Below, in pieces: positions 1 to 11,840 of a DNA stretch of 64,000 nt (the first letter of the stretch is position 1; each line of letters starts with the position of its first letter). The notes under the pieces were generated by a model that was not told the origin of the DNA, searched no databases, and saw only the letters and a program-made list of their open reading frames with translations. Source of the DNA: Diplonema japonicum (taxonomy: Eukaryota; Protista; Euglenozoa: Diplonemea); assembly GCA_964019335.1 (NCBI GenBank), contig OZ025762.1, forward strand, positions 1 to 64,000, given 5' to 3'. A program made the translations under genes and the position numbers.

Positions 1-441
1 GGGTTTGCGGTTGCGGGTTTGCGGGTTTGCGGGTTTGCGGGTTTGCGGGTTTGCGGGTTTGCGGGTTTGCGGGTTTGCGGGGTTTGCGGGTTTGCGGGTT
101 TGCGGGTTTGCGGGTTTGCGGGTTGCGGGTTTGCGGGTTTGCGGGTTTGCGGGTTTGCGGGTTTGCGGGTTTGCGGGTTTGCGGGTTTGCGGGTTTGCGG
201 GTTTGCGGGTTTGCGGGTTTGCGGGTTTGCGGGGTTTGCGGGGTTTGCGGGTTTGCGGGTTTGCGGGTTTGCGGGTTTGCGGGTTTGCGGGTTTGCGGGT
301 TTGCGGGTTTGCGGGTTTGCGGGTTTGCGGGTTTGCGGGTTTGCGGGTTTGCGGGTTTGCGGGTTTGCGGGTTTGCGGGTTTGCGGGTTTGCGGGTTTGC
401 GGGTTTGCGGGTTTGCGGGTTTGCGGGTTTGCGGGTTTGCG
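1..441 (+). repeat. Telomere-like 8-bp tandem array (GGGTTTGC)n, runs off the window start
   Basis: About 55 near-perfect units with rare 1-nt indels. The G-rich strand is on +, pointing into the unique sequence. Confidence 0.95.
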
Positions 442-1060
442 AAATATTCCAAAACAGACAATCAAGTTCCAACCTGGGAGGAAGGCATGGGTTTCTCTTT
501 TTCTTTATGGGAGGGAGAGGGGAAGAAGAAGAAGCAACTCCAAATGATAAAAATTCAAAAATAAAAATCTCAAAAAAGGCTTAAAAGAAGAAGAGGCAAA
601 TTCAAAAACATACTAGGGAGGAATGAGTGGGGCAGGGGGTAAAATTTAGGAGGGGGAAAGAGGGAGAATCAAAAAAGGGGAAAGGGGCAGAGTGGCCAAT
701 GTCCATGCGAAAAAGCATAGAGCGGGGGAAGAAGAAAATCAAAAACAGGAAAAACACATCACCACAAAAGAAAAAAGAAAAAAAAAAAAAAAAACGTCGA
801 CCGAGATGGTTCCACTTCAAAAAGAAAAAGAAAAAGAAAAACAGAAAAATAAAAAAAAAAAAAAAAAAAAGGAAAAACAAAAAGAAAAAAAAAAAAAGGA
901 AAAAAAAAAAAAAAATCTAAGTGGTTCTATCTAGCCTGGCCGTTGTAGCACCTGTTCCCTATTCTTTTATTTTTCCCTTTTTTTTTTTTCTCAGAAAAAA
1001 AAAAAAAAGTTTCACATCTTCCTATGGCGGGGGAGAACAGCCCCCCACACCCCCGCTGGC

Positions 1061-4000
1061 CTATCTGGCCAGCGAGCCTTTGGACCTCTTCTTGTGGGGT
1101 ATGGGCCCCACCCGTGCCCTCCCCGACTCGAGCTGCAGCCAAGCCACCGCACTGTTCACCGGGGCCCAGTTCTCCTTGTTGCGCACCTTGACCGCGTCCC
1201 GCACCAGGTCGTCGCTCCCCAGCTCTTCCATCAACCTGTGCTCCGCCAAGAACTTGAACTGGGGCCCGGTCATCCCCTTGAGCTCACCCCTGCATATGTT
1301 GGCTTCGACCACGGTGCCATCCGCCCCCGTACCCTTCAGATAGATGTAGCCACCCTCCACACAATCCGAGTCAGTACTGGCCGATCGGGCCCGGGCCCGC
1401 TTCTTGTCCTTCTTGCTCCACTTCAGCTCTTCCAGGGTGGGGAGGTCCGTGGCAACCACCTCAGGCCGCCTCTCCCTGTCTTCCTCCTTCTTCCGGGCCA
1501 ACAGCCCAAGGTACCTCTCAAAGGAGACGTCCTCGAACAACCCCGGGACCGTCACCACCGCTGACTGCAGGTCGACCTCTTCAACACCCATCTTCCGCAG
1601 ATGGTCCTGGACAGTGCGCCTCGTCTCCTTCTCGCAGGGCCCCCTCCCCTCGTAGACGTCGAGGGTGACCTTCCTTCCATCCCTCACCCACGCCTTCACT
1701 TTGATCAGGTCCTTGACCTTTCCCACTGGGGCCCTTATCCTTGCGTCGCACCTCTCCAAGAACTCACGTAGTGTCACCTTGGTAGCGCCGGCTCCCGCCG
1801 CAATGCCCACTACCCCTTCCTTCCCCGGTGTCGGGTGGTGTCTGCACCCCCGGGTCTGCAACTTGACCACCCCCCATGCCGTTTCCAGAGTCCCCTTGAG
1901 CACGCCACCCTTGAAACGAACAGGTTGCACCGCCGAACACCCACACGCATACGTGATCTGGAAATCCTGGACCGTCCTCGGGAACTCGAACTCGCGGTAT
2001 GTTTCCGACTTCTGCACCTCACAACCCACAATGCGGCTGCGGCGCTCTCCGTCCGACCCACCTTCCAAGCTTGCGAAGTACTGCTTTACCATCATGTATC
2101 CAAGTCCAGCGATACCAATCTGGCCAGCCATAGCCACCTCCAGTGGAACACCCAGCGACTCGGCCTTCGCAAGAAGCATCTCCTCAGTCCTCTCCCTTCC
2201 AGGGTCCGTTCCTTCTTCAAGGATGATCTCCACCCGGCCCTCGAACTGGATGATGAACTTGAGCAGTCGGTCCCCTGGCCTCGCCCTCAGTGGCACCATC
2301 GCTCTCGGAATTGGGATGCCCATCACCACATCAATCGGGTCAAGCTGAACGAAGTCTCCCCCTACTTCCACCTGCTGTTCCCTTTCCGGTGCCCCGACTC
2401 CCATCAGCTGATCTCCCTCCGGCGTCTGGATCCCACCCCTAGGTGTGTCAGGCCCCGACTGGCTGCCTCCGCTCGGTGCGTTCCCGCCCTCTTTGGTCCC
2501 TTCGGGGGCGTCATCCGCCTGCGGCTTCAGAGTCCTCCCACCGCCCTGTCTCTTCGCAGCTTGTTCCCTACAGAATTCGCTCACGGTCATCTTCCTCGTA
2601 GCAGTTGTCGCACTCTGGTCCCCCTTGTTCGAGTCCCTCTGGGCCTCCGTATCCCCCTTAGGACACTGGTCCAAGGTCTGGTTCACCGCAGCGTCAGTCG
2701 CCCCTTGTCTCTTCCCATCTTCCTGGGCCTTCGGGTCAAGCTCCCCTCCCTGCCCAGCCCTCTCGCTGGATCCTGTTCCGACCATCTCCGTGTCTTCTCC
2801 TCCCGGCGAGGCTGCTTCGAGTCCTGCTCCCGCTTTCCCTTGTGTTCCGTGGCAACCACCTCAGGCCGCCTCTCCCTGTCTTCCTCCTTCTTCCGGGCCA
2901 ACAGCCCAAGGTACCTCTCAAAGGAGACGTCCTCGAACAACCCCGGGACCGTCACCACCGCTGACTGCAGGTCGACCTCTTCAACACCCATCTTCCGCAG
3001 ATGGTCCTGGACAGTGTGCCTCGTCTCCTTCTCGCAGGGCCCCCTCCCCTCGTAGACGTCGAGGGTGACCTTCCTTCCATCCCTCACCCACGCCTTCACT
3101 TTGATCAGGTCCTTGACCTTTCCCACTGGGGCCCTTATCCTTGCATCGCACCTCTCCAAGAACTTACATAGTGTCACCTTGGTAGCGCCGGCTCCCGCCG
3201 CAATGCCCACTACCCCTTCCTTCCCCGGTGTTGGGTGGTGTCTGCACCCCCGGGTCTGCAACTTGACCACCCTCCATGCCGTTTCTAGAGTCCCCTTGAG
3301 CACGCCACCCTTGAAACGAACAGGTTGCACCGCCGAACACCCACACGCGTACGTGATCTGGAAATCCTGGACCGTCCTCGGGAACTCGAACTCGCGGTAT
3401 GTTTCCGACTTCTGCACCTCACAACCCACAATGCGGCTGCGGCGCTCTCCGTCCGACCCACCTTCCAAGCTTGCGAAGTACTGCTTTACCATCATGTATC
3501 CAAGTCCAGCGATACCAATCTGGCCAGCCATAGCCACCTCCAGTGGAACACCCAGCGACTCGGCCTTCGCAAGAAGCATCTCCTCAGTCCTCTCCCTTCC
3601 AGGGTCCGTTCCTTCTTCAAGGATGATCTCCACCCGGCCCTCGAACTGGATGATGAACTTGAGCAGTCGGTCCCCTGGCCTCGCCCTCAGTGGCACCATC
3701 GCTCTCGGAATTGGGATGCCCATCACCACATCAATCGGGTCAAGCTGAACGAAGTCTCCCCCTACTTCCACCTGCTGTTCCCTTTCCGGTGCCCTGACTC
3801 CCATCAGCTGATCTCCCTCCGGCGTCTGGATCCCACCCCTAGGTGTGTCAGGCCCCGACTGGCTGCCTCTGCTCGGTGCGTTCCTGCCCTCTTTGGTCCC
3901 TTCGGGGGCGTCATCCGCCTGCGGCTTCAGAGTCCTCCCACTGCCCTGTCTCTTCGCAGCTTGTTCCCTACAGAATTCGCTCATGGTCATCTTCCTCGTA

Positions 4001-6143
4001 GCAGTTGTCGCACTCTGGTCCCCCTTGCTCGAGTCCCTCTGGGCCTCCGTATCCCCCTTAGGACACTGGTCCAAGGTCTGGTTCACCGCAGCATCAGTCG
4101 CCCCTTGTCTCTTCCCATCTTCCTGGGCCTTCGGGTCAAGCTCCCCTCCCTGCCCAGCCCTCTCACTGGATCCTGTTCTGGCCATCTCTGTGTCTTCTCC
4201 TCCCGGCGAGGCTGCTTCGAGTCCTGCTCCCGCTTTCCCTTGTGTTCCACCCTCCACCGGTTCCGCCTTTCGCTGCTGCTGCATTTGGGCGTCCAGGTCC
4301 TTCTTCGTCTGCTCCAGAAGGGCATCCAGCTGGTGGGCCACCGTGATTGGGGGTCCGCCTCCCTGTCCCTTCACTTCCCTCTTGGACGACTCCTCAGCTT
4401 CGGTGGTTTTTTCATTGCCGAAGGAGTCCTCTGTGAGGTCAGTGTTGGATTCAGTGTTGGGTTCGTTGTTCGCTTCCTCATTGTCCTTTTTTTCCTCTTC
4501 GCCGTCCGGTACCGGGGGCCCTGGATCCAACTGTACAGGCCCTTTGACTAACAGCGCCCCTGCTATCGATCTCATCATGGCCGTTGACACCTCTTGGACC
4601 ACACACCTGTGTATCGAGACTCTGTCCCCGTGAGCCCGCGCAGCTATGCTCCTGGACAGTTTCTTCGTGAGGTAGACTGCTGCCTCCCTGAACCCCCCAA
4701 AGGTCTCCATCGCGAAAGGTACAAAGGCCACGCGTGTCTTGGTGAGCTCCGCCTCATACTTCTGGTGCTTGTAGTGTTCCGCCTTTGCTGCTGCATACCC
4801 CACAGTCTTCGCCGCCTGGTTGACACAAGACTCGTTCCTCGGGTGCACGATGACCACGTCCATAGCCATTGGGCGGGAACCCCCCACCCCACCTGGGAAG
4901 AACACGTCCGCCGGGCGCTGGGACGACCCCGGGATCAGCCCCGTCTTCTCCATCGTTGCACTCACCCTGGCCCACTGACAGTGTCTGTGGATGGTCTCCT
5001 TCACCCGGTCGTGCCTCGCAATCCTGGCGTTGCCGCATCCCTGGGCATGGTCACCCCATACGTCCATCCCCTCAGTCTTGCACCTCGGGTCGTGGCAGCT
5101 CTCACCCTGCTTGTAGACTGGAGCCCCCAACCACCACTTGATCAGAGCCCCAAACTCGTTGTCCGACAGCTGGTTGTAGAAGTCAGGCGTCGCCGTCAAC
5201 CACGCCCCTGCATAGTGCATTGACTCCAACATCAACCTCGCTCTCGAGTGTGCATCTGCTTTCGCCAAGAGGTCCTCCAGCGCCTTCTCATCAAGCACCC
5301 TAGAGAGCCACCTCTGGCTGCAGATGTGGGGGGCCTTGGCCACCATGTCGGGTGTAATCTGCATGCCGCCCTTCGTCCTGTTGAACCACTCGAGCCAGCT
5401 CCCCCATACACCCCCTTCCAGCCCATGTTCGTATTTGGGATCCAGCTCCTTGCACAGCTTCATCGTCGACGCCCTCGAAGCCATGTTGGCCGCACGCAGG
5501 TGCTCCTGGCAGCTCCTCATCCCAAGCCCACCGACTTTTACAGACAGTTTCGCCTGCTGCCATTCTTTCAACCCGTTCTCAAACTGCATGCCACACACCT
5601 TCGACATCGTCTTCTGCACCATCTCGTCGAACCTGTGCATGACCCCTCCCACATGCGAGTCTGGGACCACTCTCATGTAAAACACCAGTTTGCTGTATGA
5701 GCTGCAATACCGGAGAAGTGTGTACCCTGTCCCCACCTTGGTCAGCATGTCGAAGTTCTCTTCCAGCGCGTCCAAGCATTTGTTCAGAAAGGCTTGCGTG
5801 TACTCCGGCAATCCTATCGGCGCCCCCAGGAGCATGAAGTTCCTCTCTTTGTGGAAATTCTCTTCTGTCAGGCCATCGAAGCCTGTGTCCTCCACTGTCT
5901 GGGGGAGGTCGCCACTAACCCATATGAGCTCACACTTCTGGGGTTTCACTTTCAGCCCTATCATTCCGCTCAGCTCACACAAGATGTTGTACACCTTTCT
6001 CACTTCATCCACATTCCCCACAAGGACGCCATCGTCCAGGTAGAACTGGAGGATGTCCAGGTTGCAGTCTTCACTTATCTTGTTCACCAGGGGTTGGATG
6101 GCCAGAGAGAACAGCAGTGGTCCCATCGGGTCCCCCTGTTGCT
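1061..6143 (-). mobile_element. 5'-truncated non-LTR retrotransposon with restriction-like endonuclease (CRE/SLACS/MoTeR-like)
   Basis: ORF 2683..6168(-) has RT motifs QQGDPMGPLLFSL and FYLDDG, a CCHC knuckle (CHDPRC...DHAQGC), and RLE motifs RHD, RPAD..MDVVIVHP, KHQKY, FVPFAMETFGG. The C-terminus continues in ORF 1061..2785 after a duplication-induced frameshift. The N-terminal part of the RT is missing. Confidence 0.88.
1446..4248. repeat. Direct tandem duplication of a 1400-bp unit inside the retrotransposon ORF
   Basis: 1446-2845 and 2846-4245 align at offset 1400 with about 19 substitutions. There is TCC microhomology at the junction. 1400 is not a multiple of 3, so the frame shifts. 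Confidence 0.95.
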
Positions 6144-6145
6144 TA

Positions 6146-7367
6146 TTGGTCATCACCAAGCAAACCACACGAGTGCAGAATCTTGGTTACCCAGGGTGCC
6201 CCAGCTAGGGTTGAGCTGAACCCCACACACATTAAGGACACGACATGGAGCACAGAAGAAGCTACAACCCGGCTGTGGTGCACCCCCTGTAATCAAGTAG
6301 ACAGTTCTTGTGCAGGGCACTGCCAACACCAGCCTCCTTTAACTCTTGTATATTATTCCAAAGGTGGTGGGGATAGCATGAAAAAACATCAGATGTGTTG
6401 TTCACTGTTGACCTCCTCATCAGTCATCACCGGTAGCTCCCAAGTGGAAGAACATAATGCAGATGCTTAGGGTGACAAACAGGCAGCAAACTACACCACA
6501 CACATTAAAGACATGACACGGAATGCAGAAGAAGCTACAACTTGGTTGCGGTGCGCCCCTGTAATCAAGCAGACAGTTCTTGTGCAGGGCACCACCAACA
6601 CCGGCCTCTTTTAACTCATATATATATCATTCAGGTGGTGGGGATAACATGGAAATATAAGAAGTACATCAGATGTGTTGTTTGCTGTTGACCTCCATGT
6701 TGGTCATCACCAGTAGTGCCCAAGTGGAGAACATAATGCAGATGCTCAGGGTGATGAATTGGCAGCAAACTGCATGAGTGCAGAATCTTGGTTACCCCAG
6801 GTTGCTATGGCTGGGGTTAAGCTGCACACTGCACACATTAAGAACACAACACAGAACACAGAAGAAGCTACAACTCAGCTGCAGTGCCCCCCTGTATCAA
6901 GTTAACAGTTCTTGTGCAGGCACTGCCAACACGATGAACAGGCATTTCCTCCATCCACTTGGCCGGTCATCACCTGTAGCACCCTGAGTGGAAGAATAAA
7001 TTGCAGATGCTCAGGGTGAGTAAACTACTTAGGGCACCAGCTGGGGTTGAGCTGCACACCACATGCATTAAGGACACGACACGGAATGCAGAAGCGGCCA
7101 AGGTGCACCCCCTGTCACTGGTCTCCTTTACCTCTTTCATGTTATTTGGTGGTGGGGATCACATGGAAATATAAGAAGTACATCAGATGTGTTGTTCGCT
7201 GTTGACCTCCATGTTGGTCATCACCGGTTGTGCCCGAGTGGAGGAACGTATTGCAGATGCTCAGGGTGATGAACTGGCAGCAAACTACACAGGCCCAGAA
7301 TCTTAGTTACCAGGGCTATGGCTGGTGTTGAGCTGCACACTGCACACATTAAGGACACGACACAGAA
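6146..7367 (+). mobile_element. Head-to-tail array of about 5 degenerate copies of the ~330-bp HDV-like-ribozyme retroposon
   Basis: Unit starts GGTGGTGGGGAT at 6363, 6634 and 7148, with partial units at 6146-6352 and ~6960-7135. All match the copies at 39924, 47720 and 57811. Confidence 0.88.
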
Positions 7368-7667
7368 TATTGTGCTGTCAGTGTTGTGGTGATATAGTCA
7401 CCACTTTCAACCTTAATGATGCAAAGAGGAAAAAAAAAGGGGGGGGGGGAAAAAACTAGTTTGACACTCCATTTGTTTGTGCACACGAGTGGAATTTTAC
7501 CTAATAAAATAGCTCATTACGCTGCCATCAACTAGTTTTTAGTCTCGACAATAATATTGTTAAAACAAAAAAAAGGTAAGGAATCCCCTGTTCCACCAAG
7601 TTCTGGTTCTGCCATTCTGCCAAGTTCCAACTTTCAGTTTGGTGGAAGGGAATGGAACGACCCAATC

Positions 7668-7830
7668 CTGCACAAGCAGAATCTTGGTTACCCAGGACAC
7701 CCCGGCTGGGGTTGAGCTGGACACCACACACATTAAGGACACAACACAGAACGCAGAAGAAGCTACAACTCGGCTGTGGTGTACCCCCTGTAATCAAGTA
7801 GTCTTGTGCAGGTCCTTTAACTCATATATC
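7668..7830 (+). mobile_element. 3'-half copy of the ribozyme retroposon
   Basis: CTGCACAAGCAGAATCTTGGTTACC...CCTTTAACTCATATAT matches the consensus 3' half. Confidence 0.85.
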
Positions 7831-9354
7831 TCTCACTGTGGCCGGGTTGTAGCTTCTTCTGTGTTCCACATCAATCACCACAGCCGGGTTGTATTACATC
7901 CAAATACAACATTTCCAGACATTTGTACATACCTGCAGCTGCAGTGCACCAGAGTAGATAGGTGCAAATGGCTTGATGGAGCTGTGCATGTCTGTGGTAT
8001 GAAGAAGAAGAGAAAAAAAAAAAAAAAAAAAAAAAAATCATTGCCCAAAAATATTTGAAAAAAAAGTGTTTGCAGGTGTGTCAAAAATTACAGAAAATTT
8101 TTGAGTCTGGTCAGTCCAGCCAATCCGGTCAGTCTGGTCAGTCTGGTAAAATGGGTACACCGGACCAGACCGGATTCACCCATCACTGCTATCTGAGTCT
8201 CACCCATGGTACTCCTCGCTTTTCCCAAGCAACATACAGGAGGTCACCCTGCTATACCAGGTATATTGGAACCATGATGGGCCCACCCACGGTGCATCAG
8301 GTTGCCCACTTTCAAAATAGTTCAAAGTTTAAACTATTTTTATGCAGTAACCCCTAAACGCCCAGCCTATCTGCAGTACATCTAAATCTCAGAACCATGA
8401 TGGGCTTTAGTGGAAAACGCGATGATGATTTTCTTACACCTGACTGTTTCAGTGTGGAACCCTGTCTGTAGCTTCTCTATGACCCTCTGAATCCAGCAAT
8501 TCCGAAAAACAAATATAAGAAAAGAAGGTTGTAGGTGGCCTGGATCCAGGGTTAACTGATCACCTTTGGGATTGGGTTCTACTTCCCATTCAAGTTTCAA
8601 TGTTTTTCATTATGACTTTTGCACCCTGTTAAAAACCTGCCAAAAACAGGGAAGCAGCTTTTCGGGAAAATAATCCTTTTCTAAGTCGCTTTGATATGCT
8701 CCCTGGGGTTGGCTTTGTGTATCTGGGGGGCATGGGATACGAATATAAGGGTTTTAAGCATGGTTGCATGCTCACCTTTCATTTGACGTCAATTTAAAAA
8801 CCCGATTGTAATTAAAAGCCTGTGGGTGATTGGTTAACCCTGGATACAATGGAACAAGGAAATCAATATATATTGATAGTCATAATGTGTTGTTTATTGC
8901 TAAAATGAGTAGTGGTAGTATTGTTGGGCTTATCCTTTTCATCAGGTTAAACCCCCCCCCCCCCCCCCCCCCGGCTGTGTGCAAACAACAATCAGCCGAA
9001 TCTTTTTTTTTTCAACAGTGAGCACCCCCATTCTTTTTTTTTCTTTTTTTCCTACAACTCCTTGTCAAGTATGCTGTTCACATACCCAAGCAACTCATAT
9101 TGACAACCGGGAGATGAGACACTCACCTAACATAGCATGCCATTCTCTTTTGTGATAGTGAAACTTTTTTTTTTCAAGTCATCTACTACTCTAGCACCCT
9201 CCAAAGGGTTTTTCTTTTGACTTTTTGGGGGAAGGTTCTTTTCTTCTTCTTCTTCTTCTTTATTTCACTTCTGAAGCCTTCACGACAAGCACACAAGGAA
9301 AATAAAAACAAAACCGAGAAGTGTTTGAGGGAAAAGGAACGAAAAGAAAAGAAC

Positions 9355-10704
9355 ATGAATGGCAAGAGAAAGAGATCAGATGAAGAGGTGAACAATATGA
9401 CAGTTTTTGTGAAGACAGGAGGCAGGGTCCATGATGTGGAAGTGTCAAAAAAGGAGACGGTGGGGAGCCTATACAAGAAGGCAGTGTGTGCTGCTGGTTT
9501 ACTCGAATGCAAGTTCAAACTGGTTTGGGAGGGTGAGGTCCTGGAAAGGAACAAGGGTGAAGATCTTCAGGAACTTGGGCTTGTAGAGGGCTCTGTGGTC
9601 CATGTGGAGGCGAAGATGAGAACAGTTAGTCTGGAAGAGCTGAAAGACGAGAACTCAGAAGTGGTTTCGGAACTTGAGGGGCTTGTGGCAGCTGACCCTG
9701 AGCTAGTTCTGGTGGTGGAGGTAGGGGATTCTCCAGGTGTTGAAATGCTGTCCATGAGGAGGAGGGACCTTCCTTCTGGACTTCGGTTCCTCATTGTCAC
9801 CGACCCCACAGGTTGTGTTACAAGTATAGACACTGTGTTTCTTTCAGAGTGCAACCACCTGACGTCCGTTGATCTCATCCTCCCCAATGTTTCTACTATT
9901 GGTTCTTCGTTCTTGTCATGGTGTGCAAAACTAGAAACCATCAACTTGAGTTCAATGACCAATCTTTCTTCCATTGGTGATTACTTCTTGTATGAGTGCA
10001 CCAAACTAGAAGCCATCGACTTGAATGCACTGGCCAATCTTTCTTCCGTTGGTGATTGGTTCTTGGATCGGTGCGAAAAACTAGAAACTATCGACTTGAA
10101 TGTGATGACCAATCTTTCTTCCATTGGTGATGGTTTCTTGTATGGATGCAACAAACTAGAAACCATCGACTTGAATGCACTGACCAATCTTTCTTCTATT
10201 GGCCATAGCTTCTTGTCAGGGTGTGAAAACCTAAAAACCATCGACTTGAATGGGATGACCAATCTTTATTCCATTGATTATTCCTTCTTGGATGGGTGCA
10301 CAAAACTAGAAGCCATCGACTTGAGTTCAATGACTAGTATGTATTCTATTGGTTCTTCGTTCCTGTCAGGGTGCAACAAACTAGAAACCATCGACTTGAG
10401 TTCGATGACCAATCTTTATTCCATTGGTTTTAAGTTCTTGTATGAGTGCAACAAACTAGAAACCATCGACTTGAATGCGATGACCAGTCTTTATTCCATT
10501 GGTAATTGCTTCTTGTCAGGGTGCGAAAACCTAAAAACCATCGACTTGAATGCGATGACCAATCTTTCTTCCATTGGTCATGGCTTCTTGTATGGGTGCA
10601 ACAGACTAGAAACCATTGTTTTTAGAGGAGGCACTGACAGTTTTAACAAGCTCTTAAAGGCTCAGATACCAGCAGATGTAAGTATGGAAATAAAGAAAAA
10701 GTAA
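9355..10704 (+). CDS. Ubiquitin-like domain + leucine-rich repeat (BspA-like) protein
   Basis: UBL-like segment MTVFVKTGGRVHDVEV...LVWEGEVL...LQELGLVEGSVVHV, then about 10 repeats of 25 aa (LETIDLNAMTNLSSIGDxFLxGCxK). First ATG after the A-rich leader chosen as start. Confidence 0.85.
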   Translation: MNGKRKRSDEEVNNMTVFVKTGGRVHDVEVSKKETVGSLYKKAVCAAGLLECKFKLVWEGEVLERNKGEDLQELGLVEGSVVHVEAKMRTVSLEELKDENSEVVSELEGLVAADPELVLVVEVGDSPGVEMLSMRRRDLPSGLRFLIVTDPTGCVTSIDTVFLSECNHLTSVDLILPNVSTIGSSFLSWCAKLETINLSSMTNLSSIGDYFLYECTKLEAIDLNALANLSSVGDWFLDRCEKLETIDLNVMTNLSSIGDGFLYGCNKLETIDLNALTNLSSIGHSFLSGCENLKTIDLNGMTNLYSIDYSFLDGCTKLEAIDLSSMTSMYSIGSSFLSGCNKLETIDLSSMTNLYSIGFKFLYECNKLETIDLNAMTSLYSIGNCFLSGCENLKTIDLNAMTNLSSIGHGFLYGCNRLETIVFRGGTDSFNKLLKAQIPADVSMEIKKK

Positions 10705-11299
10705 TTTTCTTTACTTCAAGGGCTGTCATGGTAGTTTTTTTTTACTTTCTGAGAACAAGTCACTTTTATTCTATCTTATTCGACTTTCTGTTTTTGCATG
10801 CAGTACTTATCTTTCTTTTCCGTGTGAAGTGACTTGTATATCAGCCCTGGATACACCCAGAGCAACATTGAGAGAAACAACTCTTGCAAAGGGCACATAC
10901 AATCCGGAGGTTCCATGGTTTTGGTGAGCAGTGCTTATTCAGTGTGCAGGGTGGCTGTTCTTTTCTCACCGCTAAAGGCCGTTCTTTGAACACAGGGTCC
11001 GAAGTGCTGCAGATATGTGACTTGGCCAACTTTTACGTATTTTCATTTTCAAGACAAAAAAGGAAATAGTGTGAGGATTGAAATATTAAATGGGATGAGC
11101 AGGACAAATAAAGAAGAAGAGAAAGAAAAGAGAACAAGTGTGAAATAAGAGGAGTGCTATGAAGGAAAAAAAAAAAAAAAAAAAAAAAAAAACTATAAAG
11201 AAAAGAAATAGTGAGCAGCAACCTTATTTATCAATACCCGATCCCCCCCCCCCATTTTACCAACAACTACCCCCTGAAGAAAAAAAAGAAAGAAAAAAA

Positions 11300-11471
11300 T
11301 ATAAATATGAGTTAAAGGAGGCCAGTGTTGGTGGCACCCTGCACAAGAACTGTCTACTTGGGGGCGCACTGCGGCCGAGTTGTAGCTTCTTCTGCGTTCC
11401 GTGTCGTGTCCTTAATGTGTGCGGTGTACAGCTCAACCCCAGCCAGGGCGTCGTGGGTAACCAAGATTCTG
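11300..11471 (-). mobile_element. Inverted 3'-half copy of the ribozyme retroposon
   Basis: ATATGAGTTAAAGGAGGCC...GTAACCAAGATTCTGC is the reverse complement of the consensus 3' half. Confidence 0.85.
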
Positions 11472-11840
11472 CCATGCTAGACTTGTGTACCCTTTTTTTC
11501 ACTCCTCTTCTCTTTCACCCACCTGGGCACCCAAGGCCAGGGAGGGAGGAAAAGAAAGGAGAGGGCTTGGCCAGCCAAAAAGGAGGTTTATTTAATTCGA
11601 AACAGGGTACAGGGCGAACACGGGTTTGCGGGTGTTGCCACGTTTCAATCTCTACACGGGTATGTGGTCTGCGTTTTTTGTGTAGTTTGTTGTACCTGTG
11701 ATGCCCACCGACCCCTTTGCTTCTCTTTGTTCTTCTTTAGTAAGTCGTCCCTTCCTGCAAGCCTTTTCCTTTCTTCTTTTTTGTTTGTTTGTTTTGCTTT
11801 ACATTTGAATAACCCCACATTAACAGTTGGTGGGCGAACA

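Noticed and set aside
5-584. Three overlapping ORFs of (LRVCGFAG)n
   Set aside because: Translation artefacts of the stop-free 8-bp repeat.
602-934. Poly-Lys and poly-Phe ORFs here and throughout the spacers
   Set aside because: Products of A/T homopolymer tracts, whose lengths may also be sequencing artefacts.
6144-6168. Apparent start MVCLVMTNK of the RT ORF
   Set aside because: These codons come from the antisense of the adjacent ribozyme repeat (TTGGTCATCACC...). The RT is truncated just before QQGDP.
6146-7367. Tandem array as spliced-leader RNA genes (the usual CRE/SLACS target) or as a CRISPR array
   Set aside because: No euglenozoan SL exon motif (ACAGTTTCTGTAC) is present, and there is no repeat-spacer structure or cas gene.
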